NCBI GenBank assembly: GCA_041674725.1
Contig: JBAYVC010000009.1
Span: 7,396-71,395 of the forward strand
Source of the DNA: Pseudobdellovibrionaceae bacterium
GTDB taxonomy: Bacteria; Pseudomonadota; Alphaproteobacteria; Micavibrionales; Micavibrionaceae
Direction: 5' to 3'
DNA length: 64,000 bases
Shown here: positions 1 to 13,009 of the stretch, in pieces
Layout: every line of letters starts with the position of its first letter
Numbering within the stretch: the first letter of the stretch is position 1
The notes under the pieces: model-generated
What the model saw: the letters and a program-made list of their open reading frames with translations, nothing else
Database searches by the model: none
What the model was told of the DNA's origin: nothing
Position numbers and translations under genes: made by a program

Positions 1-2751
<2,751 letters not shown>

Positions 2752-2759
2752 TTATCTAA

Positions 2760-2984
2760 CTATGCCACGAGGGTGAAACGGCTTGTTTGCTGGCCATTCA
2801 CATCAACAGTTTCACAAAAGCTGCTGACGCGACGAACCCAAATATCAAAATTCCCGTAAAGGGCCTTATAAACCACAACAGGCTCTTCATCCGCTTCGTT
2901 TGTAGCAAGAGTAACGATTTCATATTCGTTCCCCTTGTAATGACGAAATTTAGCATTTGGTTTCAGTTCAATCACGTCAGCCAT
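2760..2984 (-). CDS. DUF1653-family small protein (74 aa) inserted between rpoB and rpoC
   Basis: The translation FRHYKGNEYEIV...EEPVVVYKALYGNFDIWVRRVSSFCETVDVNG fits the remembered DUF1653 consensus (YRHYKG..Y...E..VVY..LYG..WVRP...F). Its ATG lies 3 nt after the rpoB stop codon and its stop lies 29 nt before the rpoC ATG. It is on the same strand as both. Confidence 0.8.
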   Translation of the reverse strand: MADVIELKPNAKFRHYKGNEYEIVTLATNEADEEPVVVYKALYGNFDIWVRRVSSFCETVDVNGQQTSRFTLVA

Positions 2985-2987
2985 AAT

Positions 2988-5900
2988 TTACTCTTCCGAC
3001 TGGTTCATCTCGACGTTGAGGCACAAGGCTTTGAGTTCCTTGGTCAGAACGTTGAATGACTCTGGAACACCAATTTCGAAATTGTCTTCGCCGCGAACAA
3101 TCGCTTCGTAAACTTTCGAACGTCCAGCCACGTCATCCGACTTGATGGTGAGCAGTTCCTGCAGAGTGTAGGCCGCGCCATACGCTTGCAGCGCCCAAAC
3201 CTCCATCTCTCCGAAACGCTGACCACCAAACTGGGCTTTACCACCCAGAGGCTGCTGCGTCACGAGCGAGTATGGACCGATTGAACGGGCATGAATCTTG
3301 TCATCAACCAAGTGGTGAAGTTTGAGCACATACATATACCCGACAGTCACCGAGCGGTGGAACGGCTCGCCGGTACGACCATCGATCAGGGTAACCTGAC
3401 CGGAGGTACGCAGACCTGCTTGCTCGAGAAGCGCCGTAATATCGGCTTCTTCCGCGCCATCAAAGACCGGCGTTGCCATCGGCACGCCACCGCGGAGGTT
3501 GCCAGCCATCTCAACCATCTGGTCTTCGTTGAGCAGCATGACCTTGTCACTGTACTCGCCCTCACCATAGACAGCTTTCAGTTTGGCTCTGAGTTTTTCA
3601 ACTTCAGCCGCTGCCGGATGTTTCGGGTTCGAGAAGCTATCAACCAGTTCGCCAATTTGCTTGCCGAGTGTCGCTGATGCCCATCCGAGGTGCGTCTCCA
3701 GAATCTGACCGACGTTCATACGCGATGGAACACCCAAGGGGTTCAGCACCACATCAACCGGCGTACCATCTTCAAGGAACGGCATGTCTTCACGCTTCAT
3801 AATACGCGAAACAACCCCTTTGTTTCCGTGACGTCCAGCCATTTTATCACCAGGCTGGATTTTGCGTTTAATCGCAACGAAAACTTTAACCATTTTCATC
3901 ACGCCTGGTGGCAGTTCATCACCACGCTGGAGTTTTTCAACCTTGTCTTCGAAACGCGCTTTGACGTTGTCAACGGCATCATCAAAAGTTTTTCCAACAG
4001 CCTCGATTTCGGACATGACAGTTTCGTCCTCGACCGAAATCTGACGCCACAGACCACGTTTCTCAATCGAGTCAAGGTCAGAGCCGTTGATGGTTGCACC
4101 TTTCTTGATTTCAGACACGCCTTTGGGCACGCTGGCAACCACTTGACCTACCAAGAGTTCTTTCAGACGAGAATAAAAACCGTCCTCAAGAATCTTGCGC
4201 TCATCGTCACGGTCTTTTGCGAGTTGCTCAATTTCAGAGCGTTCAATCGAGAGTGCACGAGAATCCTTGTCGATACCGCGGCGATTAAACACACGCACTT
4301 CAACAATCGTTCCTTGCGTTCCAGGCGGCAGGCGGAGGGATGAATCCTTCACGTCAGCTGCTTTTTCACCAAAGATGGCGCGGAGCAATTTTTCCTCTGG
4401 AGTCATCGGGCTTTCGCCTTTTGGTGTGACCTTACCGACCAAAATATCACCCGGGCCAACTTCCGCACCAATGTGAACGATACCGCTCTCATCAAGGTGT
4501 TTGAGAGCTTCTTCACCGACGTTTGGAATATCACGGGTAATTTCTTCAGGGCCCAGTTTCGTATCTCGTGCCATCACTTCGAATTCTTCGATGTGGATGG
4601 AGGTGAACACGTCATCAGCCACGATACGTTCGGAGAGCAAAATCGAATCTTCGAAGTTGTAACCGTTCCATGGCATAAAGGCCACGAGCACGTTGCGTCC
4701 GAGCGCGAGCTCACCCAGCTGTGTTGATGGACCATCAGCGATGATATCACCAGCTTTCAGAATATCACCCACCTTCACCAGAGGTTTCTGGTTAATGCAG
4801 GTTGATTGGTTCGAGCGCTGGAATTTCATCATTTTATAAATGTCAACGACAGGCTCGTCCGAGCGGAGTTCTTCGGTTGCACGAATAACGATACGTGTCG
4901 CATCCACTTCAACCACAACGCCCCCACGGCGCGCTGCAACGGCAGCACCTGAGTCACGCGCAACAGGCAGTTCCATACCGGTACCTACAAGCGGCGCATC
5001 CGAGCGCAGCAGAGGCACAGCTTGACGCTGCATGTTTGATCCCATCAAGGCACGGTTAGCATCATCATTCTCGAGGAACGGAATGAGCGCCGCGGCCACA
5101 GAGACGATCTGTTTGGGGGACACGTCGATATATTCGATATGCTCGGGAGTTGACATCAAGTTTTCACCGGCCTTACGGCAGGAGATAAGATCATCGACAA
5201 ATTTTCCCTCATTGCTCAATTCGGCGTTGGCCTGCGCAATCGTGTATTTGGCTTCTTCCATGGCCGACATGTAAACAACTTCGTCGGTTACTTTGGCATC
5301 CACGATACGGCGGTACGGGCTTTCGATGAATCCATACTGATTGACGCGCGCAAAAGTCGAGAGCGAGTTGATCAGACCGATGTTCGGGCCTTCCGGCGTT
5401 TCAATCGGGCAGATACGGCCATAGTGTGTCGGGTGCACGTCGCGTACTTCAAAGCCCGCGCGTTCACGGGTTAAACCGCCTGGGCCGAGAGCAGACAAAC
5501 GGCGCTTGTGCGTAATCTCAGAAAGTGGATTGGTTTGATCCATAAACTGTGAGAGCTGCGACGAGCCAAAGAACTCACGTACCGCCGCTTGGGCTGGTTT
5601 GGAGTTGATCAGATCATGCGGCATGTAATTGTCGATATCAACCGAGGACATGCGTTCACGAATAGCACGCTCCATACGGGAGAGCCCGAGGCGCACTTGG
5701 TTTTCCATGAGTTCACCGACCGAGCGAACACGGCGGTTGCCGAGGTTGTCAATATCATCAACTTCGCCGCGGCCATCTTTGAGTTCATGAAGATATTTGA
5801 GGATAGCCAGAATGTCTTCTTTTGCAAGCACACGTAAAGTGTCCGGTGCAGAGAGGTCAAGACGGGCATTCATTTTAACGCGGCCAACAGCCGAGAGATC

Positions 5901-7238
5901 ATAACGCTCGGGATCAAAGAACAGCGAGTGGAACAGGCCTTCGGCTGATTCAACTGTGGGCGGTTCACCCGGACGCATGACGCGGTAGATGTCAATCAAA
6001 GCTTCTTCACGGGTATCGCATTTATCCGCAATCATAGTGGTGCGGATGTAAGGACCCACGTTCATGTGGTCGATGCCCAGAACCGGAATTTGGTTCACGC
6101 CTGCATCTACCAGCTTAGTAATATCATCAGCGGTGAGTTCGTGACCAGCTTCAAACAACACGAGGCCATTCGACATATTCAGAACATCGCTGGCAAGGTA
6201 GGTACCGACCAACTCTTCTTCCTGAATAAGAATGTCCTTAAGACCATCTTCCATGAGCTTTTTAGACAGGCGCGGCGTTACCTTTGTACCGGCATCGGCT
6301 ACAACTTTGCCAGAGGCGGCATCAACAAGATCAGTTACCAATTTAACGCCACGGAAACGCTCAGCATCAAACGGAGTTTTCCAGCCTTTTTTATCGCGGC
6401 TATAGACAATGCTTTTGTAGAAGGTACTGAGAATTTCTTCGTTGCTCATCCCTTGAACGAGCAGCGGATCAATCGGGCGATCCTTGCTTTGGCATTCCAG
6501 AATATATTGTTCGGTTTCAGCGCCATAAAGAGCACGCAGGAATGTTGTTACGGGAAGTTTGCGGCGACGGTCGATACGGACGTTCAAGATATCTTTCGCA
6601 TCGAATTCGAAATCAAGCCATGATCCCCGGTAAGGAATGATACGGGCAGCAAAGAGGTATTTGCCCGATGCATGTGTTTTTCCGCCATCATGATCAAAGA
6701 ACACACCTGGTGAACGGTGCATTTGCGAGACGATCACGCGCTCGGTTCCGTTCACAATGAACGTTCCGTTGCGAGTCATGAGCGGCATATCGACCATATA
6801 AACATCTTGCTCTTTAATGTCGCGGATCGAGCGAAGACCGGTTTCTTCATCCACATCAAAGACCGACAGACGCAAGGTGACACGCAATGGCGCCGCATAG
6901 GTCATGCCGCGTGCATAGCATTCGTCCGTGTCATATTTGGGTTGTTCGAGTTCGTATTTTACGAAGTCAATCTCGGCTTTGTCCGCAAAGTCCTTGATCG
7001 GGAATACGGAGGTCAGAACTTCCTGCAGACCTTGCATTTTGCGATCTTCGGCAGACACGTGCATTTGCAGGAATTGTTCGTATGAATCTTTTTGAACCTC
7101 AATCAGGTTCGGCATCGCTGCAACTTCACGGATCTTGCCAAAAGAACGGCGGATACGCTTGCGTCCGGTAAAGGTATTCACAATGGCAGCGGGAGAGAGT
7201 ACGGGGGATGCTTTTTTAGCAGAAGCGGTCTTTTTCAT
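2988..7238 (-). CDS. rpoB: DNA-directed RNA polymerase subunit beta
   Basis: A 1416-aa ORF with RpoB hallmarks throughout, for example [64 protein letters not shown] and NMQRQAVPL. It sits directly upstream of rpoC. Confidence 0.98.
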   Translation of the reverse strand: MKKTASAKKASPVLSPAAIVNTFTGRKRIRRSFGKIREVAAMPNLIEVQKDSYEQFLQMHVSAEDRKMQGLQEVLTSVFPIKDFADKAEIDFVKYELEQPKYDTDECYARGMTYAAPLRVTLRLSVFDVDEETGLRSIRDIKEQDVYMVDMPLMTRNGTFIVNGTERVIVSQMHRSPGVFFDHDGGKTHASGKYLFAARIIPYRGSWLDFEFDAKDILNVRIDRRRKLPVTTFLRALYGAETEQYILECQSKDRPIDPLLVQGMSNEEILSTFYKSIVYSRDKKGWKTPFDAERFRGVKLVTDLVDAASGKVVADAGTKVTPRLSKKLMEDGLKDILIQEEELVGTYLASDVLNMSNGLVLFEAGHELTADDITKLVDAGVNQIPVLGIDHMNVGPYIRTTMIADKCDTREEALIDIYRVMRPGEPPTVESAEGLFHSLFFDPERYDLSAVGRVKMNARLDLSAPDTLRVLAKEDILAILKYLHELKDGRGEVDDIDNLGNRRVRSVGELMENQVRLGLSRMERAIRERMSSVDIDNYMPHDLINSKPAQAAVREFFGSSQLSQFMDQTNPLSEITHKRRLSALGPGGLTRERAGFEVRDVHPTHYGRICPIETPEGPNIGLINSLSTFARVNQYGFIESPYRRIVDAKVTDEVVYMSAMEEAKYTIAQANAELSNEGKFVDDLISCRKAGENLMSTPEHIEYIDVSPKQIVSVAAALIPFLENDDANRALMGSNMQRQAVPLLRSDAPLVGTGMELPVARDSGAAVAARRGGVVVEVDATRIVIRATEELRSDEPVVDIYKMMKFQRSNQSTCINQKPLVKVGDILKAGDIIADGPSTQLGELALGRNVLVAFMPWNGYNFEDSILLSERIVADDVFTSIHIEEFEVMARDTKLGPEEITRDIPNVGEEALKHLDESGIVHIGAEVGPGDILVGKVTPKGESPMTPEEKLLRAIFGEKAADVKDSSLRLPPGTQGTIVEVRVFNRRGIDKDSRALSIERSEIEQLAKDRDDERKILEDGFYSRLKELLVGQVVASVPKGVSEIKKGATINGSDLDSIEKRGLWRQISVEDETVMSEIEAVGKTFDDAVDNVKARFEDKVEKLQRGDELPPGVMKMVKVFVAIKRKIQPGDKMAGRHGNKGVVSRIMKREDMPFLEDGTPVDVVLNPLGVPSRMNVGQILETHLGWASATLGKQIGELVDSFSNPKHPAAAEVEKLRAKLKAVYGEGEYSDKVMLLNEDQMVEMAGNLRGGVPMATPVFDGAEEADITALLEQAGLRTSGQVTLIDGRTGEPFHRSVTVGYMYVLKLHHLVDDKIHARSIGPYSLVTQQPLGGKAQFGGQRFGEMEVWALQAYGAAYTLQELLTIKSDDVAGRSKVYEAIVRGEDNFEIGVPESFNVLTKELKALCLNVEMNQSEE

Positions 7239-7628
7239 TCCTTGGCCCTATCAAAAGTCCCTTATCACCTAAGGGAGTGTTTTAAACTATCGAGGAAACT
7301 CAGTTCTTTCATCCCGTTCACAACGTCAACACGGCGCGCGGCTTGCCGGATGGGTCGTCGTGACAATTCTTGAAAGCTCTGTATTTTTTCCTTGGGTCCG
7401 CAAACAAAAACGATCAGAAAACACTTAATTTTCCGTCGAGTGAGTGGTTTTAGCTAAAGGTACAGGGGTTGTCCAGTTAAAAATGAAAAATATTTTAACT
7501 TTTTAAAAACGTCTATTTCAGAGCAACAGCAGCCCTTGCAGACTCGTGCCGTCCGTATTATTTCCAGATTCTCTGTATTAAAGAATGTAATTGGCACATT
7601 TGTTGCTGACTTCCCATTTATGCAGGCG

Positions 7629-8054
7629 CTAGCCCCAGACAACTTTTGGAATATGAAAAACATCTTCCATGAGGGTTTCGGCAAAGTCATCCGATAAAAG
7701 TTTTAGTTTGCTGACAACCGCCGCCGCGCCGAATTTTTTGGCTTCCTGATGAACCTCGTCAAGCTCCATCCCTGTAACCACGACAACCGGCGCCCCCAGA
7801 TTAAATTTACGAAATTCACGTACTGTCTCCGCGCCCCAACTATCGGGCAAATTCAGATCAAGAAGAACAAGATCAAAATGATTTTTCTGACAGCATGCGA
7901 AGGACTCCTCTATCGTACTTGAAGGCATAATCTTGGTATTCGGCCATTTCTTTTGCATGTGGCGGGTTATAGCCATCAAATCAGCCTCACTATCCTCCAC
8001 AATCAGCACGGAACGCGGATAGAAATCATTATCCAATGTTGTGTTGCCTGCCAT
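7629..8054 (-). CDS. Single-domain response regulator (CheY-like receiver)
   Basis: A 141-aa ORF with an acidic pocket (LIVEDSEAD), a phospho-acceptor context (DLVLLDLNLPD) and no output domain. Confidence 0.8.
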   Translation of the reverse strand: MAGNTTLDNDFYPRSVLIVEDSEADLMAITRHMQKKWPNTKIMPSSTIEESFACCQKNHFDLVLLDLNLPDSWGAETVREFRKFNLGAPVVVVTGMELDEVHQEAKKFGAAAVVSKLKLLSDDFAETLMEDVFHIPKVVWG

Positions 8055-8184
8055 TTTTCTACCCCAGTCAGATTGTAATGACTTTGCTTATCACTCTCAG
8101 TAACCTGTCTCACATTACAGATTTCCTGCTTAGACCGCAACAACCAACAAACTCTTGAGGTTGTACCATCCTGTTGCAGACTTC

Positions 8185-9198
8185 TTAATGCGGGAGACCC
8201 TTGGTTGTAGAATATTCCATATGGATTTCCCGATCAGGGTAAATTTGGCGATGGATCGCATGAGCGGCCTGCGCCCCTTCGGCAAAGCCCGTGAGTATTA
8301 GGCGAATCTTATGTTCGTAGCTTGCCACGTCCCCCACGGCATAAATGCCGGAAATTGTTGTTTTCTGGGTTCCAGCTTCAACTGAAATATGATGCTGGGT
8401 CAGGCCGAGCCCCCACTCCGCAATCGGCCCCAGATCCGTGGAAAGCCCGAAAAAAGGCAATAAAATATCGGCTTTAATGCGTTTTTTGGCCCCTGACGTA
8501 ATATCCGCTACCCCCACATATGTCAGCTGGCCATCTGCCCCTTCCAAACTATCCAGTTGAAAAGGAACAACAAGGTTGCACGCGCCAGAGGCCGCCAAAG
8601 TCTGGAGTTTTTGTACAGAATCAGGCGCGGCGCGGAATTTATCGCGGCGATGCACCACGGATACCTGCGCGGCAATCCCCTGAAGGGCGAGCGCCCAATC
8701 CACAGCGCTATCCCCGCCCCCCGCAATAACCACATGCTTTCCGGCGCATATATCTTTCTGCCGCAAGGCATAAAAAACCGAAGTGCCTTCGTAGTGTTCC
8801 AGCCCTTCGAGCGGGGGGCGCTGCGGCCCAAATGCCCCCGCGCCAGCCGCTATAATAATGGCTTTGGCTGAAATCGTGATCCCTTTGGATGTCACCACCG
8901 TAAAACGTCCGGCTTCGCCGTTTAGTTTTACGACTTTTTGCCCTGTGTGATACACGGGGTTAAAAGGAGCGGCCTGTTTTTCCAGTTGTTCGATCAGGTG
9001 CCCCGCCAAAATAGAGGGCGCCGCAGGGATGTCGTAAATGGGTTTTTCGGGATAAAGGGCGGTGCATTGCCCGCCAATCTGGTCGAGCGCATCAATGGCG
9101 TGGCAGGAAAAACCCATCATGCCGCATTCAAAAATAGCGAACATTCCGGCGGGGCCTGCCCCGATAATTGCAACATCTGTTTCAAACGTATCTGACAT
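8185..9198 (-). CDS. Thioredoxin-reductase-like ferredoxin-NADP(+) reductase
   Basis: The N-terminus has the FAD motif VAIIGAGPAGMFA. The stretch GGQCTALYPEKPIYDIP and a second GGGDSAVDWA dinucleotide motif are typical of TrxR-type FNR. Length is 337 aa. Confidence 0.8.
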   Translation of the reverse strand: MSDTFETDVAIIGAGPAGMFAIFECGMMGFSCHAIDALDQIGGQCTALYPEKPIYDIPAAPSILAGHLIEQLEKQAAPFNPVYHTGQKVVKLNGEAGRFTVVTSKGITISAKAIIIAAGAGAFGPQRPPLEGLEHYEGTSVFYALRQKDICAGKHVVIAGGGDSAVDWALALQGIAAQVSVVHRRDKFRAAPDSVQKLQTLAASGACNLVVPFQLDSLEGADGQLTYVGVADITSGAKKRIKADILLPFFGLSTDLGPIAEWGLGLTQHHISVEAGTQKTTISGIYAVGDVASYEHKIRLILTGFAEGAQAAHAIHRQIYPDREIHMEYSTTKGLPH

Positions 9199-9226
9199 GC
9201 GCTATACATACGCAACTTGATGGGTT

Positions 9227-9664
9227 TTGAAAAGTATGATTGTAACAACCAGCTCCGAGCTTGATACCAGCGCCGCCGCCGCCCGTTTTGCCGCCGAGAT
9301 TCGCCCCCGCGATATTATTTTGTTACAGGGGGATTTAGGGATGGGAAAGTCTGTTTTTGCACGTGCCCTGATCCGCACTTTGTGCGGCAATCCTGATATG
9401 GAAGTTCCAAGCCCAACCTTTACTCTCGTGCAAACTTACGAGAGCGCACGCGGCACGATCTGGCATTTTGACCTCTACCGCCTCAAAGACCCCGAAGAGC
9501 TTTACGAGATCGGCTGGGAGGAGGCTTTAACGGGAGGAATACTTCTTATCGAATGGCCGGAACGTCTTGGCTATCTTACACCCCCTACTCCGGTAACAGT
9601 GCGCCTTGAAAGCGCGGAGACACCCCAGATGCGCCATATTCACATTGAGAGAGTTTCACCATGA
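9227..9664 (+). CDS. tsaE: tRNA t6A37 biosynthesis ATPase TsaE
   Basis: It has a Walker A motif (LQGDLGMGKSVFARALIR), PSPTFTLVQTYE and HFDLYRL. An alternative ATG start is at 9236. Confidence 0.85.
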   Translation: MKSMIVTTSSELDTSAAAARFAAEIRPRDIILLQGDLGMGKSVFARALIRTLCGNPDMEVPSPTFTLVQTYESARGTIWHFDLYRLKDPEELYEIGWEEALTGGILLIEWPERLGYLTPPTPVTVRLESAETPQMRHIHIERVSP

Positions 9665-10365
9665 GTATCAATACGGCCTTTCTGGTTTGCGCTGGCCTTG
9701 GCACCCGCATGAAACCTTTGACGGAGAGCCTACCTAAACCGCTCGTTGTTTTAAATGGCAGGCCCATTCTCGGTTATGTGTTTGACCATTTGCGCAAAAC
9801 CGCTGTGACAAATATCACCGTCAACACACATCATTTGCCGCAGCACCTCAGCTCCTATCTAAAGTCCGTTGATGGGTTTCACATTACGGAATCATATGAG
9901 CCTGTTCTCCTTGAAACGGGTGGCGGTTTGGTCAAGGCGCTCCCTTCACTTGGCACCAAGCCTTTCTTTATGATTAATGGTGATGCTTTCTGGATTGACG
10001 GAAAGTCGGGGTCTACCCTCACGGCGCTTGAGGCACATTATGACCCTGCACGGATGGATATTTTGCTGTGCCTTACGCCTGTGACCCGCATGAAACTCAC
10101 CGCGGGTGTGGGCGATTATGACGTTATGCCTGACGGGCGGCTTGTCCGCAGCCTCATCAAACACGGCACGCATATGTTTACCGGAATTCGTATCCTCAAT
10201 CCTGCGATTATGAGTGGCTTTAGCGCCGATAAATTCTCCTTTCTCAAAAATATGGACGAGGCCGAAAAACAAGGCCGTCTCTACGGGTATGTGATGGAGG
10301 GCGATTGGCACCATATCAGCACCCCCGAGGATCTTGACGCCGTTGCAAAAAGTTTTAAATCTTAG
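9661..10365 (+). CDS. Nucleotidyltransferase family protein (MurU-like sugar-1-phosphate nucleotidylyltransferase)
   Basis: The N-terminus reads AFLVCAGLGTRMKPLTESLPKPLVVLNGRPIL. Its start overlaps the tsaE stop (ATGA). The tsaE neighbourhood is typical for alphaproteobacteria. Confidence 0.7.
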   Translation: MSINTAFLVCAGLGTRMKPLTESLPKPLVVLNGRPILGYVFDHLRKTAVTNITVNTHHLPQHLSSYLKSVDGFHITESYEPVLLETGGGLVKALPSLGTKPFFMINGDAFWIDGKSGSTLTALEAHYDPARMDILLCLTPVTRMKLTAGVGDYDVMPDGRLVRSLIKHGTHMFTGIRILNPAIMSGFSADKFSFLKNMDEAEKQGRLYGYVMEGDWHHISTPEDLDAVAKSFKS

Positions 10366-10389
10366 GAACTTAATTTTCTGGAGGCTTTC

Positions 10390-11817
10390 TTGAAAAAATA
10401 CACTCTGATCGTCCTTGTCAGCTTTGTCGCCCTTATGGCGGCCACGCCCAGTTTTTCCCAATCTTCTGAAAGCGTGGTGCCGCAGACCCGCGAGGACATC
10501 AAAATGTCCTTTGCGCCCATCGTCAAACATGTGGCCCCAAGCGTCATTAATATTTACACCAAGCGCATGGTCACCCGTAACGTCTCCCCCTTTATGAATG
10601 ATCCGTTCTTTTCACAATTTTTCGGGCGCGGCATGGGCCTTCCGCAACAACGCCTTGAAGGCTCGCTCGGGTCGGGTGTTATTGTGGATGCGAGCGGACT
10701 TGCAGTTACCAATGCCCACGTCATTCGGGATGCCCAGGAAATTACCGTGGCCCTGACAGACGGGCGCGAATTTCCGGCGCGTGTCATTTTGCAAGATGAT
10801 GCCAGTGATCTGGCACTTGTTAAAATTGATGCGCCGGATGTGACCTTGCCAGCCGCAACACTCAAGTCCAGCGAGTCCCTCGAAGTGGGTGATCTGGTGC
10901 TGGCCATCGGTAACCCGTTTGGCGTTGGGCAGACTGTAACCAGCGGGATTATCTCGGCCTTGGCGCGCTCGTCCCTTAATATCAATGATATCAATTTCTT
11001 TATTCAAACCGATGCCGCCATCAATCCCGGTAATTCGGGCGGGCCTTTGGTGGCTATGGATGGTAGCGTGATCGGAATCAACTCGGCTATTTATTCACGG
11101 GATGGCGGCGGCTCACTCGGGATCGGCTTTGCCATTCCTTCCGAGATGGTCGTCACCGTTCTCGCCGCCCAAAAATCGGGTCAAGTGTCCAAGAACGGTG
11201 AAATCATTCGTCCGTGGGTTGGCGTCATAGCGCAAGATGTAACCTCGGACATTGCGCAGTCGATGGGTCTTGCTGCACCTAAAGGCGCTCTTCTCTCAAA
11301 CCTCCATGAAGGCTCGCCTGCCCTTGAGGCCGGATTAAAGCAGGGTGATGTTGTGACCGGCGTGAATGATCACGCGGTTGCAGACGCTGCCGAAATGCGG
11401 TTCCGCCTCGCCACTATTCCGATGGGCAGTGAAGCGCGTATTACCTATATGCGTGACGGCAAAACGCAAACGACAGCGCTCAAATCCATTGCGCCGCCTG
11501 ACCTTCCCGCGCGCGAAGCAGAGAAAATCAGCGGAAAAAATCCGCTCTCGGGCGCGACATTGGTGCGGATCAATCCGGCTGTCGAGGTCGAGCTTGGTCT
11601 TAAAAATACCCCGCCCAAAGGTGTGGTGGTTGCCGAGATTGAGCCTAATTCCATTGCCCAGCGCGTTGTCCGCGCCGGTGATGTGGTGCTCGGCATTAAT
11701 GGTGTCAGCATCGCGAGTCCCAAAGACGCGCTGGCGGCTCTTAAGAAACCAACCCCGCAGGGCTTTATCCTCACGCTGCTGAGCAACGGGCAGCAACGCC
11801 AGATTATTATTCGTTAG
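10390..11817 (+). CDS. Periplasmic serine endoprotease, DegP/HtrA (Do) family
   Basis: It has a signal peptide, a trypsin-like catalytic motif (GNSGGPL) with TNAHV and DLALVK, and two PDZ-like C-terminal regions. The start codon is TTG. Confidence 0.9.
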   Translation: MKKYTLIVLVSFVALMAATPSFSQSSESVVPQTREDIKMSFAPIVKHVAPSVINIYTKRMVTRNVSPFMNDPFFSQFFGRGMGLPQQRLEGSLGSGVIVDASGLAVTNAHVIRDAQEITVALTDGREFPARVILQDDASDLALVKIDAPDVTLPAATLKSSESLEVGDLVLAIGNPFGVGQTVTSGIISALARSSLNINDINFFIQTDAAINPGNSGGPLVAMDGSVIGINSAIYSRDGGGSLGIGFAIPSEMVVTVLAAQKSGQVSKNGEIIRPWVGVIAQDVTSDIAQSMGLAAPKGALLSNLHEGSPALEAGLKQGDVVTGVNDHAVADAAEMRFRLATIPMGSEARITYMRDGKTQTTALKSIAPPDLPAREAEKISGKNPLSGATLVRINPAVEVELGLKNTPPKGVVVAEIEPNSIAQRVVRAGDVVLGINGVSIASPKDALAALKKPTPQGFILTLLSNGQQRQIIIR

Positions 11818-12631
11818 TGAGGTAATGCGATTCCAGCCAGCAGCCTTGCCCCAGCGCGATTGAAAATTCATCCGCGAGCGCACCCATGCGCTCAGGAATC
11901 ATGTAGGGCGTGTTAAAAACCACAAGGCCTGCGCCATTCAAGCCGCCCGCAAGGTTGCGCCCGCGCAGCAGGATTTCGCTCATCCATGTGCGGTTCATAC
12001 CCAGCTCTGATGCTGCCATGTGGAGTTTTTCGGATGCGCCGCCTGCCTTGATCGGATACCAGATCATATAGACGCCGGTGCTCCAGCGTTTTTTCCAGTC
12101 CTTCATATTTTTGACCAAGAGATCAAACTCATCCGGTTTTTCAAACGGCGGGTCAATCAAAATAAGTCCGCGCTTTTCAGGAGGAGGAATATGAGAACGG
12201 ATGGATTGGTAGGCATCTTCACAGGTGGCACGCGTATTTTTTATGCGTTTTAAATTCTGTGCCAACTCTTCAAAATCTTCGGGGTGAAGTTCGTTGGCAA
12301 CAAGCCTGTCTTGCCCTCTCAAGAGACGGGCCAGCAAAAGGGGAGACCCTGCGTAGTGCCCCGTGTCCCACTCGGGACGCATCACATCAGCCATATCGCG
12401 CAAATCCTGATGGCGCAGTTGCGCGGCCATAAGCTGACCTATCCCCGCTTCGCTTTCGCGGGTCTTTTGCGCCTGCTCGGAATTGAGATCATAAAGCCCT
12501 ACACCTGCAAAGGCATCTAATACGAAAAATGGCGTGTCTTTTTGCTGCAGGTGCTTTGTTACCATCAGCATCACAAGATGCTTATGGATATCGGCAAAAT
12601 TGCCCGCGTGATAAATGTGACGATAATTCAT
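11807..12631 (-). CDS. rlmJ: 23S rRNA (adenine2030-N6)-methyltransferase
   Basis: The N-terminus MNYRHIYHAGNFADIHKH and the IDPPFE motif fit RlmJ. Length is 274 aa. Confidence 0.85.
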   Translation of the reverse strand: MNYRHIYHAGNFADIHKHLVMLMVTKHLQQKDTPFFVLDAFAGVGLYDLNSEQAQKTRESEAGIGQLMAAQLRHQDLRDMADVMRPEWDTGHYAGSPLLLARLLRGQDRLVANELHPEDFEELAQNLKRIKNTRATCEDAYQSIRSHIPPPEKRGLILIDPPFEKPDEFDLLVKNMKDWKKRWSTGVYMIWYPIKAGGASEKLHMAASELGMNRTWMSEILLRGRNLAGGLNGAGLVVFNTPYMIPERMGALADEFSIALGQGCWLESHYLTNE

Positions 12632-12671
12632 GCCTGATTTTTAACCCATTTTATGCTAGGATGGAAACATC

Positions 12672-12980
12672 ATGTTCAAATGGATCAAATCTTTTTTTTC
12701 ACGCAAAACACCCCCTTCTCCTGACGCTCAGGTTGCATCCGTTCCCGCTCGTCCCACGCGGGAGGAGTTGATCCGTGATATGCTGCGCAACAGGGAGAGC
12801 GCCCGCGAAGCTCTCGGAGCCGAGCGGCTCGAGATGATTACCAAATTGATCCAGCAAAAAGAGGCCGAGCAGGAAGTTTCCCCCGCCGCGCAAGCCCGCA
12901 AAATTCTGGCCAAAATGGAACAAGACAAGGTCGCGATCTTTATGCGCGATCTTAAAGATAATCCGCCGACAACCCATTAA
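12672..12980 (+). CDS. Hypothetical protein (102 aa, charged and helical)
   Basis: An ORF with no competing frame in an otherwise empty gap. I recognise no family. Confidence 0.4.
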   Translation: MFKWIKSFFSRKTPPSPDAQVASVPARPTREELIRDMLRNRESAREALGAERLEMITKLIQQKEAEQEVSPAAQARKILAKMEQDKVAIFMRDLKDNPPTTH

Positions 12981-13009
12981 AAATATTTTCCCGCGAAAGG
13001 ACATTCTTC

